From an uncultured Candidatus Saccharibacteria bacterium (GTDB lineage Bacteria > Patescibacteriota > Saccharimonadia > Saccharimonadales > EFPC-124): a stretch of 64,000 nt of DNA. The position numbers and the translations under genes are program-made. The stretch lies in assembly GCA_964550035.1 (NCBI GenBank), contig CAZJVU010000001.1, forward strand, positions 147,990 to 211,989, given 5' to 3'. A model generated the notes under the pieces. The model did no database searches, had not been told where the DNA came from, and saw only the letters and a list, made by a program, of their open reading frames with translations. How positions within the stretch are numbered: position 1 is the first letter of the stretch; every line of letters begins with the position of its first letter. Of the stretch, positions 1 to 8,751 are shown in pieces.

Positions 1-486
1 GACTCCCTCGCCGAGCTTCCCGGTTGTGACACGAAGATGCTTGAAGGGCGGAATGCCGAATTTGATTGGAATAGGCAGCAGCCATGGCACGCCCTCTTTG
101 GTGAAGGTATCCATGATCAGGTGAGACACCATGCCGATCATGAACGCCCACCACACCAGTTCGATGTCGATGGTAGGCATGATGGGGTGAAGCGTCACGA
201 GCAGAAGCTTGGTGAGAAGCCCAAACAGCAGCAGCCCAAGTAGTGAGTGCGTTATAAAGCGATGCCCGCCAAGCAGACGATCGATGATCCGCCCGATAAA
301 CCCGCCGATTGGCAAGTTCCGCCAAAATGGTGCCGTCGGTTGGTCGACGTCCGGCGCGATGCCACCGAGCTGGTTGGCGAGCAGCGCCGCCACCGCCGTC
401 CCGAGCGTCAGCGAATGTTCTGGCTGAGCCATGACGATAACGCCCAGCGCAGTTACCGCTGCAAGGTCATGTGTGCGAGCTTTCAT
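1..486 (-). CDS. Membrane-bound metal-dependent hydrolase, YdjM/DUF457-like (C-terminus runs off the window)
   Basis: Hand translation of the minus strand from the ATG at 484-486 is stop-free to position 1. It reads MKARTHDLAAVTALGVIVMAQ...GGHRFITHSLLGLLLFG...SHLIMDTFTKEGVPWLLP, with hydrophobic helices plus HRxxTHS and HxxxD motifs. It is not in the ORF track because no stop lies in the window. Confidence 0.6.
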   Translation of the reverse strand, partial: MKARTHDLAAVTALGVIVMAQPEHSLTLGTAVAALLANQLGGIAPDVDQPTAPFWRNLPIGGFIGRIIDRLLGGHRFITHSLLGLLLFGLLTKLLLVTLHPIMPTIDIELVWWAFMIGMVSHLIMDTFTKEGVPWLLPIPIKFGIPPFKHLRVTTGKLGEGV

Positions 487-517
487 ACCGCTAGTGTAGC
501 ACGCCTAGAAATGATGC

Positions 518-540
518 GGCCCAGGTGCGAGACCTGGGCC
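518..540 (-). terminator. GC-rich hairpin after ORF 554..958
   Basis: GGCCCAGGT-gcgag-ACCTGGGCC is a 9-bp perfect stem starting 14 nt past the stop on the minus strand. Confidence 0.45.
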
Positions 541-553
541 TTGAAACGTTGCA

Positions 554-958
554 TCACTTTTGCGCTCGCTCACGAGGCACGACATCGAATGCTTGGCATC
601 CGCATCTGTCGGTGGCCGGGGCGCTAACTGCGTAACCGGCTCTCCTCAGAGGCGTGATGATTTTCTCGGTGAGCACCTCGAGGGGGATCTCGCGCCGCGA
701 CACTGTGCAGGTCAGTCGCCTGGGGCGGTGGGGCGGTCGAGGAACCAAGCGCACGTGCCAGAGGTGCTTGGCGTTGTTGCGCAAGCAGCTGGCAGTGGTG
801 AACGGATGTTTCGGCGCCTTGGCCACATCCACGAACTGAGCGATAGCGTCCAGCCAGTGTTGAATCTGCGCGCGCAGTGCATTCGCGCGCTGCGTGGCGA
901 TCTGGAGCTTCTGCTCTTCGGTCAATTCCGGACGCCTTCTGCCTGAACGACCAGGCAT
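554..958 (-). CDS. Hypothetical protein (GC-rich cassette A)
   Basis: 134-aa ORF with AAGGAG 6 nt upstream of the ATG. It is GC-rich relative to its flanks. No family recognised. Confidence 0.5.
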   Translation of the reverse strand: MPGRSGRRRPELTEEQKLQIATQRANALRAQIQHWLDAIAQFVDVAKAPKHPFTTASCLRNNAKHLWHVRLVPRPPHRPRRLTCTVSRREIPLEVLTEKIITPLRRAGYAVSAPATDRCGCQAFDVVPRERAQK

Positions 959-1007
959 GGTACTCCTTATCTATGTCGACAACGAATCTGACAGATTATA
1001 CAATGTA

Positions 1008-1036
1008 TTTACAAAATAAGCTATCTTTGGTATAGT
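1008..1036 (+). promoter_or_regulatory. Candidate sigma70-type promoter for tRNA-Lys
   Basis: TTTACA-N17-TATAGT ends about 19 nt before the tRNA 5' end. Confidence 0.4.
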
Positions 1037-1055
1037 TTTACCTGTTACAAGCTCT

Positions 1056-1132
1056 GGGCCACTAGCTCAGCTGGTTAGAGCAGCGGCCTCTTAAGCCGCG
1101 TGTCCTGGGTTCAAGTCCCAGGTGGCCCTCCA
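1056..1132 (+). tRNA. tRNA-Lys (anticodon CUU), CCA encoded
   Basis: The cloverleaf was folded by hand. Acceptor GGGCCAC/GTGGCCC, anticodon loop CTCTTAA, T-arm CTGGG-TTCAAGT-CCCAG, discriminator T, then CCA. Confidence 0.9.
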
Positions 1133-1141
1133 TAGAAAAGT

Positions 1142-1176
1142 CCTGATCAATCGCTACCGATCAGGGCTTTTCTTGT
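1142..1176 (+). terminator. Intrinsic terminator after tRNA-Lys
   Basis: CCTGATC-N10-GATCAGG is followed by GCTTTTCTTGTT. Confidence 0.55.
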
Positions 1177-1208
1177 TGGTTCAAAAAAGCTACGCGGCGC
1201 ATATATAA

Positions 1209-1237
1209 TTGCCATATATAGTTTAGTATGGCATAAT
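1209..1237 (+). promoter_or_regulatory. Candidate promoter driving cassette B
   Basis: TTGCCA-N17-CATAAT lies in an AT-rich spacer immediately before the GC-rich ORF. Confidence 0.4.
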
Positions 1238-1274
1238 ATACACACGCATCTCTCGATTGCCTTGGAGGCAAGAC

Positions 1275-1694
1275 ATGTCACAAGCACAAAACGCCGGCTT
1301 CCGTCGACTGCGCGGTTTCGGCTGGAGCGTCGCGCTGCCCGTCGCGGCCATCACTGGGATGGTCGGGTGGCTGATCGTGAACGCTTCGGTCGGCGCGGTG
1401 GCGGGCGCGAACGCCTCGATCATCGGTCTCATCATTCTGTCTTACGGCTACTCACTCGGCGGGATCTGGGGCGCCTACTGGATGATCCCCACGGCGCTGA
1501 TCGGCGCGAACCTCGCCCTGGTGACGTACGCGCTTGGTGGTCCGTGGCCCTGGGTGCTGCTGGGCTCCGGCGTGTTCATCGTGCTGGTCGCCCTGGTGGT
1601 GGCCATCAACCGCACCGCCAAGGGCAGAGGCGGGGTGTTGCGGCTCATCGGCAACTTCGTCGTGGCCCTCATCCCGGGGCAGTACTCCTGCTGA
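1275..1694 (+). CDS. Hypothetical integral membrane protein, about 4 TM (GC-rich cassette B)
   Basis: The ATG at 1275 is preceded by GGAGG with 6-nt spacing. The product is almost entirely hydrophobic helices (GWLIVNASVGAVAG..., VLLGSGVFIVLVALVVAI). Third codon positions are GC-rich. Confidence 0.6.
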   Translation: MSQAQNAGFRRLRGFGWSVALPVAAITGMVGWLIVNASVGAVAGANASIIGLIILSYGYSLGGIWGAYWMIPTALIGANLALVTYALGGPWPWVLLGSGVFIVLVALVVAINRTAKGRGGVLRLIGNFVVALIPGQYSC

Positions 1695-1720
1695 GCCAGG
1701 AGAAGCTGCACGCTGCGTGT

Positions 1721-1759
1721 CCGTCACCTGCTCAAGGGCAGGTGACGGACATTCTTTTT
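1721..1759 (+). terminator. Intrinsic terminator after cassette B; overlaps the 3' end of the convergent kinase gene
   Basis: CCGTCACCTGC-tcaagg-GCAGGTGACGG followed by ACATTCTTTTT. The minus-strand ORF 1724..2758 stops inside the 5' arm. Confidence 0.6.
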
Positions 1760-2758
1760 GGAGAAGAAATCTGTATTTTTGAAATTATCCAATGTCTTGA
1801 GAGCTGCAATACGTTTTTCGATCGATTTGAAATCGTATGCTGCCCCAGTTCCCCAGACATAAAGCTCGTAGAAAATTTCTTGCAGGCTAAAGCGCCGGAA
1901 GTCCTCCTTGATGTGTCCGAGCTCCGCAGGCGTGATCTTGGCTACTGCGGCGCTTTGATACGCGTCGAGGAAAGTAGCGAACTTATCAAGGTCGGGCAAC
2001 TTTGCGTCCGTCTCCAGCAAGGGCCCGATAAGATCGCTGATACGCGGCGCCAGTCCGCTCATACCGAAGTCGACGATCTGTGCGACGTTCCCATCTGGCC
2101 GGAACAAGATATTGCCTCTCCAGTAGTCACCGTGGACCGCCATTGTTGGTAGCGTGTGGAGGACTGCGTTCGTCGTATTTTGTAGTGTGTCGAACTGCGC
2201 CAGGATAAAGTCGCGCTGGCTCACAATGAAATGATCATGTTCCCGTGGTGCTCTGCTCAGCTTTTGCAGCAAACTGTCCACGCGATCATGGGCAACAGCG
2301 ATATTCGGTAGGTGAACGACAGGAAGATGCCGATAGTCTGGCGCGGGGACTGCGTCTAACTCGGCCATGATATTGTGAAATTTCGCCAGTTCAATTGCTG
2401 CATGCGTTAGGTGAAGGTCAGTGATCTCCGAAGTCTTTAGGATGGTGCCTTCCGCATACGGCGTTAATCTCCAGACGGTATCTCCAACGGTTACATGGCG
2501 GTGGCCGTCTTTGGTGAGGATCGCATCGTCAACTGCCAGCTCTGGATGTTTTCCTGCAACCTGGCGAATGCTGTCTTCAAGCTGTGCGATTTCTTCGCTC
2601 TCCTGCGAGATGCGCAATATACAGTTTCCGACTCGGTAAATCGAAGCATAGCCGCCATCGAGCATGTGGTGCAGGTCTGTGCTGTCGATGTGATACTGCT
2701 GCCGAAAGAGTGCGACATCGACGGGGAATTTGGGGGGATGAGGAGTTGGTGTGTCCAT
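1724..2758 (-). CDS. Phosphotransferase, APH / choline-kinase / homoserine-kinase-II family
   Basis: Brenner-type motif HGDYWRGNILFRPDGNVAQIVDFGMSG, within a 344-aa ORF. Confidence 0.8.
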   Translation of the reverse strand: MDTPTPHPPKFPVDVALFRQQYHIDSTDLHHMLDGGYASIYRVGNCILRISQESEEIAQLEDSIRQVAGKHPELAVDDAILTKDGHRHVTVGDTVWRLTPYAEGTILKTSEITDLHLTHAAIELAKFHNIMAELDAVPAPDYRHLPVVHLPNIAVAHDRVDSLLQKLSRAPREHDHFIVSQRDFILAQFDTLQNTTNAVLHTLPTMAVHGDYWRGNILFRPDGNVAQIVDFGMSGLAPRISDLIGPLLETDAKLPDLDKFATFLDAYQSAAVAKITPAELGHIKEDFRRFSLQEIFYELYVWGTGAAYDFKSIEKRIAALKTLDNFKNTDFFSKKNVRHLPLSR

Positions 2759-2839
2759 CTTGCGATTATTTTAACAGAAGGTTGCCACCCGGACGTACGC
2801 CGAGCGGTGCGTGGGGTTGTATTAAATAAGTTCAGAGCT

Positions 2840-2867
2840 TCGGGCGACGTTTGTAGACGTCGCCCGA
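2840..2867 (-). terminator. GC-rich hairpin after cassette C
   Basis: TCGGGCGACGT-ttgtag-ACGTCGCCCGA is an 11-bp perfect stem downstream of the stop at 2896. Confidence 0.45.
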
Positions 2868-2895
2868 GTCCTGTGTTGCGAGCCGGGCTGATGGA

Positions 2896-3414
2896 TCAGC
2901 GCATGACGATGCGGTAGCGCAGCGGCTTGGGGCCGCCCAGGCGCAGCACGTGGCGACGGAAGATCACCCCAGTGCGCTCACCTTCGATGGTGACCATCAC
3001 CATGGCGCCGGGCTTCACCGACGGGTCGAAGTTCTCGATGACGTCGGACGCGTTGCCGCGGTCGCGGAGGGTCGCCGCCGCCTTCTTGGCCATGGCGAGG
3101 GGGTCTTTGACGACGAAGGCGTGTGCGCTGTCGACGCCGAGCCTTTCCATGATCGTCGGGCTGGTCCAACTCATTATCCGGCCACCCGAGAAGAGGATGC
3201 GGCGGAAGCCCGGGCTGTTCAGGCGGAACTGCGGACGCGTCGAGGGCGCACCGCACTCGTACAGCGCCTGCGCCACCGTTTCCAGGGTCACGTTCGAGTT
3301 GAAGCGAACGATCGAAAGCCCCTGGTCGTGGAGCGGCGTGCGGTTGTACACCACCTTGATGATGAAGCCGAGGACGATGCCGGGGATGAGCCCGGCGATG
3401 ATGTAGCCCCACAT
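2896..3414 (-). CDS. Hypothetical N-terminally membrane-anchored protein (GC-rich cassette C)
   Basis: 172-aa ORF with GAGG 6 nt upstream of the ATG. The N-terminal helix is MWGYIIAGLIPGIVLGFIIKVV. TTGCCT-N17-TATAAA lies upstream on the minus strand. Confidence 0.6.
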   Translation of the reverse strand: MWGYIIAGLIPGIVLGFIIKVVYNRTPLHDQGLSIVRFNSNVTLETVAQALYECGAPSTRPQFRLNSPGFRRILFSGGRIMSWTSPTIMERLGVDSAHAFVVKDPLAMAKKAAATLRDRGNASDVIENFDPSVKPGAMVMVTIEGERTGVIFRRHVLRLGGPKPLRYRIVMR

Positions 3415-3502
3415 ACGGGACCTCGCTTTCCATGCTTGCTGACAGGAACAAAATAGTTTATACCATAGAAGTATGTTATAGGCAACCTGATATCATTGGT
3501 GC

Positions 3503-4012
3503 ATGAAGGTATTTGGCGAGGCAGAAAAAACGGAGGAATACGGCACGGCGCATCCGAACGCAACAGATGTAGAAGGCGTCGTGGTCGTTGGCTATGACCC
3601 GGCAACCGACACATGGCTGGCGCTGGAGTGGCGCGAGAAGAAGACTATCTGGCTGGTCGGTGGCGGCAGGGAAGACGGTGAGACGTTCGAGCAGTCTGCT
3701 ATCCGTGAGCTCAAGGAAGAGACCGGCTACGCCGACTTCCGCGAACAGGTCCAGCTCGGCGGACTCATCCGGTCGCACTACTATAACGAGAAGAAACGGT
3801 TGCATCGCCGCTCGAACTCGCTGGCATTTCTTTTTGTCCTGGACAGCAATACGAGAGGTGAACAAGAGCTAGAGGAGCACGAGAAGTTCGATGTTGTGTG
3901 GCTGGGCTACGACGAGCTTCGAGAGTCGCTCGAGCACACGGGCGGTGGCGTGGAGCACTGGCTTGCCGTGCTTGCACGGGCACACGAATATGTGAAGGCT
4001 TGTGGGTGGTGA
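3503..4012 (+). CDS. NUDIX hydrolase
   Basis: Nudix box GGGREDGETFEQSAIRELKEETGY. Confidence 0.85.
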   Translation: MKVFGEAEKTEEYGTAHPNATDVEGVVVVGYDPATDTWLALEWREKKTIWLVGGGREDGETFEQSAIRELKEETGYADFREQVQLGGLIRSHYYNEKKRLHRRSNSLAFLFVLDSNTRGEQELEEHEKFDVVWLGYDELRESLEHTGGGVEHWLAVLARAHEYVKACGW

Positions 4013-4037
4013 GGCCAATGCTTATTATGGGAGTAGT

Positions 4038-4685
4038 ATGAGTCAACGTTCGCTTACTCGAGCACTCCTGACGCCTTCGATCTTAAGCGGGTATTGTATG
4101 TTCTTTGTCGCGCTTGCGATAATTGGCGTAGGCGCGTGGTCGTATGTGTCGCAGGGCGAGTTCCTGCACGATTATCTTTTTGGCCCGTTTGGGGTTGTGA
4201 CTGCTATGGTGTATGCGCCCGACCTCTTTGTGCTCTTTCGGCAGACGATCGTCAACAATTCGATCACGTATGACGCATTTATATTGGTCTGTGCGGTGTT
4301 GATCGGAGTGCTTGTGTTCGAGCTCGTCGAGACACTTCGGCGGGTTACGAGCAGCACGTCAGTTGTGTGGTACGAGTTCCACTCTAATTCGCCGCAAGCG
4401 CAGGAAGCGCTCAAAGAGACACTTATTCGTATAGCGACGCGCTGTCTCGGGGCGATCGGGCTGCTCGTTTACACGCTATTTCTCGTAAATATTCTTGTGC
4501 CATTTTGTATTTTGATGGTTCAGAACGGTATTGATCAGTTCTCGGTGTCGCCGTTGATGGCGGTTGGGTCGTTTGTGCTGAGCTTCCTGTATCTTATACT
4601 GAGCCTTCATGTGATTGTCATCTTGGCACGTTTGTCATTGCTTCGTCCGCGGCTGTTTGGCGGGTGGGCGGTTCAACTGGACTGA
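4038..4685 (+). CDS. Hypothetical integral membrane protein
   Basis: Several hydrophobic helices. The ATG at 4038 with GGGAG upstream is preferred over the GTG at 4002, which overlaps the NUDIX stop. Confidence 0.55.
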   Translation: MSQRSLTRALLTPSILSGYCMFFVALAIIGVGAWSYVSQGEFLHDYLFGPFGVVTAMVYAPDLFVLFRQTIVNNSITYDAFILVCAVLIGVLVFELVETLRRVTSSTSVVWYEFHSNSPQAQEALKETLIRIATRCLGAIGLLVYTLFLVNILVPFCILMVQNGIDQFSVSPLMAVGSFVLSFLYLILSLHVIVILARLSLLRPRLFGGWAVQLD

Positions 4686-4688
4686 CGA

Positions 4689-4922
4689 CTAGCGCTCGGT
4701 GCGTTCGCTCACTTTTCGTCGGTCGTCTGCAATCATTTCGCTCATCGCGCCGTTCATGTCGATACCTCTTTCGGTTGCAATGTAGAGTACTTCAGCAAGT
4801 ATGTCGGCAAGCTCGTTGCGAAAGTCTGCTTCGAGCGCTTCCTTACTCTTTGTGTCGGCCCAGCGGTAGCCGGTAAGCTGGAGGATGACCTTATTGAGGC
4901 TGTCGATCTGGTAGGTAGAGAA
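4689..4922 (-). pseudogene. MazG-like nucleotide pyrophosphohydrolase, 3' remnant without a usable start
   Basis: The frame reads FSTYQIDSLNKVILQLTGYRWADTKSKEALEADFRNELADILAEVLYIATERGIDMNGAMSEMIADDRRKVSERTER*. Upstream in frame there is only the neighbour's terminator and its stop codon. There is no ATG/GTG/TTG until near the end, and the N-terminal EExxE helix is missing. Confidence 0.4.
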
Positions 4923-4945
4923 GGAGGCTCCAGTGCGGAGCCTCC
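4923..4945 (-). terminator. Hairpin terminator after ORF 4956..6650
   Basis: GGAGGCTCC-agtgc-GGAGCCTCC, followed by TTCTCT on the minus strand. Confidence 0.55.
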
Positions 4946-4955
4946 TGTTGTTACC

Positions 4956-6650
4956 TTACTGTTTAGTACTGCCAGCGTCCTGGCCGTATGGGGTTGCTCG
5001 CCAGGCGTTCCAGTCTTTGAGTGAGCCTGTTTGCTCAGTCATGAACTGCCATGGACCGTAGTATTTATTGTTGGACCACTTATTGTTCTGGTTGAAGGTG
5101 ACGGCTTTTTGGATGACGTCGCCTTTGTATGGTGACCAGCTTGGGTAGGTGCCGTAGTTACTGAGGACAGCCATGTGGCCACAGTAGGCGGTGTTGCAGT
5201 TATTGACGTTGGCTGGGGTGATGCGGAACTCGTTGTTGCTGATAGTGACGTTCTTGGTCTTCCAGCGACAGTCGGAGTAGTTTGGCTCGCTGCTGATGGT
5301 GCCTGTTACGCAGGTCTTGAGGGTGACATTCGGGTTGACCATGGTGCAGTAGCCGTCGCTCGTGTTGGCAGGTGAGTTGCAGTAGCGGTCGGCGTTCTCC
5401 CAGAGGGTGACACCGCCCCAGTTGTCGAGGAAGAGGTTGTTGCTGATGTCGATGGTTGGCGTCTGGGTAGTCTTGTACTGGACACGGCTGTCACCGCCGG
5501 ATTCAGAGATGTAGACAGATGCTTCGGGGAAGTCGTCGCCGTTCTTGGCGAACTCGCCGCCAGATACGAGCGCGTTGTGTTTGATCACGTTGTGACGAAT
5601 AGCGGCGTTGTAGCTGATCTCGTAGAAGATAGCTTCGGAGTCGTTGTTCTCGATCCAGTTGCCATCGAAGAGGAAGTCGATGTCGTTGGTGTCAGCCCAG
5701 AGGCCAACGCTCTTGTTGTCGTGGACATAGTTGTTCGTGACTTTGGCGCCCTTGACGTCCCAGAACTTACCGCCACCGGTACAACCACAGCCGTCGATCT
5801 TGGCTTCCCAGTTGTCGGTGTTGTTGCCGGCGATTTCGTTGTGGTCGAGCTCGATGTTGGTGATGGAAGAGCCGTTAGCGATCGGATCCTTGTACATACT
5901 GAAGCCGTACTGGCCGTTGTCTTTCAGGCAGTTGTACCTTACGAGGTTGTCGCTGCCCAGGAAAACACCTGCACCGGCAACGTTGTGGATGTTGTTGTAT
6001 TCGATTGTCCAATGGTCGCCAGCGTCGTGGTTGACGACTGCTTCGTTGTTGTTGTCGCCAGCCTTACCGAAGTTGCGGATTTCGAGGTGTGAAACGGTAA
6101 CGTACGTGGCGTGCTGGGTGAATGCGTAGAGGTTGGAGTTCTGACCGTCTAGGACAGCACCCGGCGCACCAATATAGGTGGTGTGGTCGGCGGGTTCAAT
6201 CTGCGCGTACTGACCTGTTCCGAGCGTGTGTACGCCAGGCGCGAACCAGTATGTTTTGCCTGCCTGAGCAAAGTTAACATTGCTGTTGTTGCCTGCGGGT
6301 ACGGTGATGGCGTCTGCTGGAGCAGCTGTTGGGCCATTTAGGATGCCTGTGTTGCCACAGATCTGAGCTGGCGGTGCTGAAGGCCAGCCACCAGAGGTTG
6401 CGACACTGGTGCCGAACTTGAGGGCTTTGCCGCCTGAGGCGTTCACGTCAGACACGACGCTTGCGTTGCCGGAGAGCGCGCCGGCTTCAGGTTCGATACT
6501 TACGAATGATCCAGCAGCCTTAGTGGTGGCGAATGCGTACCCAACGACCGCGACGATCACCGCGACGCCGACACCTGCTGCGATGCTGAAGCGCGATGGG
6601 CCGGTGAGTTTAGATTTGATAGATGTGGTAAGCCGATTTATCTTTTGCAT
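4956..6650 (-). CDS. Secreted or anchored right-handed beta-helix protein (pectate-lyase-fold polysaccharide-active enzyme)
   Basis: N-terminal anchor. A sugar-binding-like segment follows (SIEPEAGALSGNASVVSDVNASGGKALKFG). It then has repeated beta-helix turns (NHDAGDHWTIEYNNIHNVAGAGVFLG, ELDHNEIAGNN, VTNNYVHDNKSVGLW). Confidence 0.7.
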   Translation of the reverse strand: MQKINRLTTSIKSKLTGPSRFSIAAGVGVAVIVAVVGYAFATTKAAGSFVSIEPEAGALSGNASVVSDVNASGGKALKFGTSVATSGGWPSAPPAQICGNTGILNGPTAAPADAITVPAGNNSNVNFAQAGKTYWFAPGVHTLGTGQYAQIEPADHTTYIGAPGAVLDGQNSNLYAFTQHATYVTVSHLEIRNFGKAGDNNNEAVVNHDAGDHWTIEYNNIHNVAGAGVFLGSDNLVRYNCLKDNGQYGFSMYKDPIANGSSITNIELDHNEIAGNNTDNWEAKIDGCGCTGGGKFWDVKGAKVTNNYVHDNKSVGLWADTNDIDFLFDGNWIENNDSEAIFYEISYNAAIRHNVIKHNALVSGGEFAKNGDDFPEASVYISESGGDSRVQYKTTQTPTIDISNNLFLDNWGGVTLWENADRYCNSPANTSDGYCTMVNPNVTLKTCVTGTISSEPNYSDCRWKTKNVTISNNEFRITPANVNNCNTAYCGHMAVLSNYGTYPSWSPYKGDVIQKAVTFNQNNKWSNNKYYGPWQFMTEQTGSLKDWNAWRATPYGQDAGSTKQ

Positions 6651-6686
6651 AGCATTTTCATTTTCATTAATTATCTAACGCCCAAG

Positions 6687-7088
6687 TCACTCGACAATGA
6701 CCGTTCCCTTGTGCCCTACGTTGTCCGGATCGTGGTAGTGGAATGTACCCGTCTGATCGAATGTGAACGAGTAGGTGTCGCCTCGGCCAAGTGCCTCACT
6801 GGTGGCGAAGCCGGCTGGCTTACCTTCGTCGCTTGTCAGCTGTTTGGATTTGCTGGTTTGGTTCTTCCAGGTGATGTCTTGGCCTTTTTTGACCTGGATG
6901 GTTGCTGGCGTGTAGCCGTCATCGGTTATGGTGACCACGGCGGTTGGTGTTTCTTCGGACGCTTTGTCGTTGGAGTTCTGGAAGAACATCCAGGCGACGA
7001 CGCCGAGGGCGACCACCAGGAGTACTACGACGAGCGGCACGAGCCATGGTTTTGTTTTGGGTGTAGCTGTGGGAGTTGTAGGGTCCAT
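6687..7088 (-). CDS. Membrane-anchored cupredoxin-like domain protein
   Basis: A TM helix followed by VVTITDDGYTPATIQVKKGQDITWKNQ...GTFHYHDPDNVGHKGTVIVE. The usual Cys copper ligand appears absent. Confidence 0.6.
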   Translation of the reverse strand: MDPTTPTATPKTKPWLVPLVVVLLVVALGVVAWMFFQNSNDKASEETPTAVVTITDDGYTPATIQVKKGQDITWKNQTSKSKQLTSDEGKPAGFATSEALGRGDTYSFTFDQTGTFHYHDPDNVGHKGTVIVE

Positions 7089-7097
7089 TGTGATGTC

Positions 7098-8672
7098 CTA
7101 TTTCTTTTGTAGCCTTACGTTTTTCTCGATTGAGTACCAGTCGACTTTGAGGGAGACTGTCTTGGCTGAGAACCCATCACCGCGGTATGTTGCGTTGTAG
7201 CGACCAAATGGTACATCTCGGAGGGTGTAGGTGCCGCGATCGTTTGTAGTGGTTGTGTACTTGGTGTCGTTTGTCGAGAGCGTGACGCTGACGCCAGAGA
7301 GTTTCTTGCCTGAGCCGCTGACGGTGCCAAAGACTCGTGACTTGCGCTTGTTGGTGGCTGTTTTGGCGGTGGCGGTGTTGGACTGATCGCTTGTGTTGCC
7401 GGCTGCATCGCGGGCCTTTACGTAGTAGCTGTACTGCGTGTTTGCTTTGAGGCCGGTGTCGCCGAAGCTGGTCGTGGTGACTGATGCGACTTTTTGTGGA
7501 GCGTTGCCGTTTGCGGCTCGGTAGACATCGTAGCCGGCCACACCGACATTATCGGTGCTGGCGTTCCAGCTGAGGTTGATTTGCTGCGAGCTGATGGTTG
7601 TAGCGGTCAGGCTAGCTGGTGTTGATGGCGCTTGCGTGTCAGTCGTTGTTGGCGATGGCGTGGTTACTGTTGCTGGGGCTGAGCTTGGCGACTGGTTGCC
7701 GGCTGCATCGAGGGCGGTGAGCGTGTAGCTGTACTGTGTGTTCGGCAGGGCTTGGTTGTCCTGGAAGTTGGTGACGTTTCCGACCTGTGCTAGGAGCGCC
7801 CCGTTGCGGACAATGCGGTAGCCCACGACGCCGACGTTATCGGTGCTGGCGGTCCACTTCAGCGTGACGCTTGTAGGAGACGTCGCGTTAGCCGATGGTG
7901 CGCCTGGGGCGGTCGGTGCCTGTGAGTCGCCGTTCTGGACGGTGACGTAGTAGCTGCTGTTGCTGAAGTTGCCAGCTGCGTCGTATGCCTTGGCCGTCAG
8001 GAGATGTTGGCCATTAGCGACAGAGGTCGTATTCCACTGGAAGCTGTATGGCGAAGTTGATGCAGTGTTCGCAAGTGCGCTGTCGACGTAGAATTCAACT
8101 TTGGATACGCCTACTTCGTCGGTTGCGTTTGCGCTCACAGCGACGGTGCCAGATACACCGCTGCCTTCAGCTGGTGCAGTCAGCGTGACGCCCGGAGGAG
8201 TTGTATCGGCGGTTGTGACGCAGTTGTCACCCATGCCGGTTGGGGTGCAGGTAGCGTCTGAGGTGAAGACAAGTCGATCAACCTCGACGCCTGGCTGGCG
8301 ACCAATGAGTTTAACGGAGTGTGCGCCTTGCGCGAGTGACAGGCGAATTGGCGAGTTTGCGGTGCCGTCTTGGTAGTTGATCCAGGTCCATGCGCCTGGC
8401 GTCGGGCTGCTCACGACATAACACTGCGTGCCGTCGATCTCGAGCATGTAGCTGTTATTGGCGGCGTCGGCCGGCATGACTCGGCTCCAGAGCGAGTAGG
8501 TCGCCGCGGTTGGCACGGAGACGCTTGTTGTTACTTGTCCGTAGTCAGCACCAGGTGCTGGACAGGCTGAGGCTTTCGCCGGCGCTACAAAAATACTGCC
8601 CAGAAAGGCAGCAAGGGCCATAGCGAAGATAGATAGTTTGGTTGTTGTGTTTGGTTTTTTGATGTGTTTCAT
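7098..8672 (-). CDS. Secreted multidomain protein (CBM-like, Ig-like, fibronectin type III repeats, CarboxypepD_reg-like)
   Basis: Signal peptide ending AKASA. Three repeated NxTDxVGVxxY(x)V segments carrying the FN3/Ig signature. C-terminal segment FGTVSGSGKKLSGVSVTL...RGTYTLRDVPFGRY. Confidence 0.75.
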   Translation of the reverse strand: MKHIKKPNTTTKLSIFAMALAAFLGSIFVAPAKASACPAPGADYGQVTTSVSVPTAATYSLWSRVMPADAANNSYMLEIDGTQCYVVSSPTPGAWTWINYQDGTANSPIRLSLAQGAHSVKLIGRQPGVEVDRLVFTSDATCTPTGMGDNCVTTADTTPPGVTLTAPAEGSGVSGTVAVSANATDEVGVSKVEFYVDSALANTASTSPYSFQWNTTSVANGQHLLTAKAYDAAGNFSNSSYYVTVQNGDSQAPTAPGAPSANATSPTSVTLKWTASTDNVGVVGYRIVRNGALLAQVGNVTNFQDNQALPNTQYSYTLTALDAAGNQSPSSAPATVTTPSPTTTDTQAPSTPASLTATTISSQQINLSWNASTDNVGVAGYDVYRAANGNAPQKVASVTTTSFGDTGLKANTQYSYYVKARDAAGNTSDQSNTATAKTATNKRKSRVFGTVSGSGKKLSGVSVTLSTNDTKYTTTTNDRGTYTLRDVPFGRYNATYRGDGFSAKTVSLKVDWYSIEKNVRLQKK

Positions 8673-8751
8673 TTTCTCTCAGTCTTAGCTAAGATAGTTT
8701 ACTTTACATACTGAGCTTTTCGGTTGGTAGTGTCAATACTTTTATAGATTT

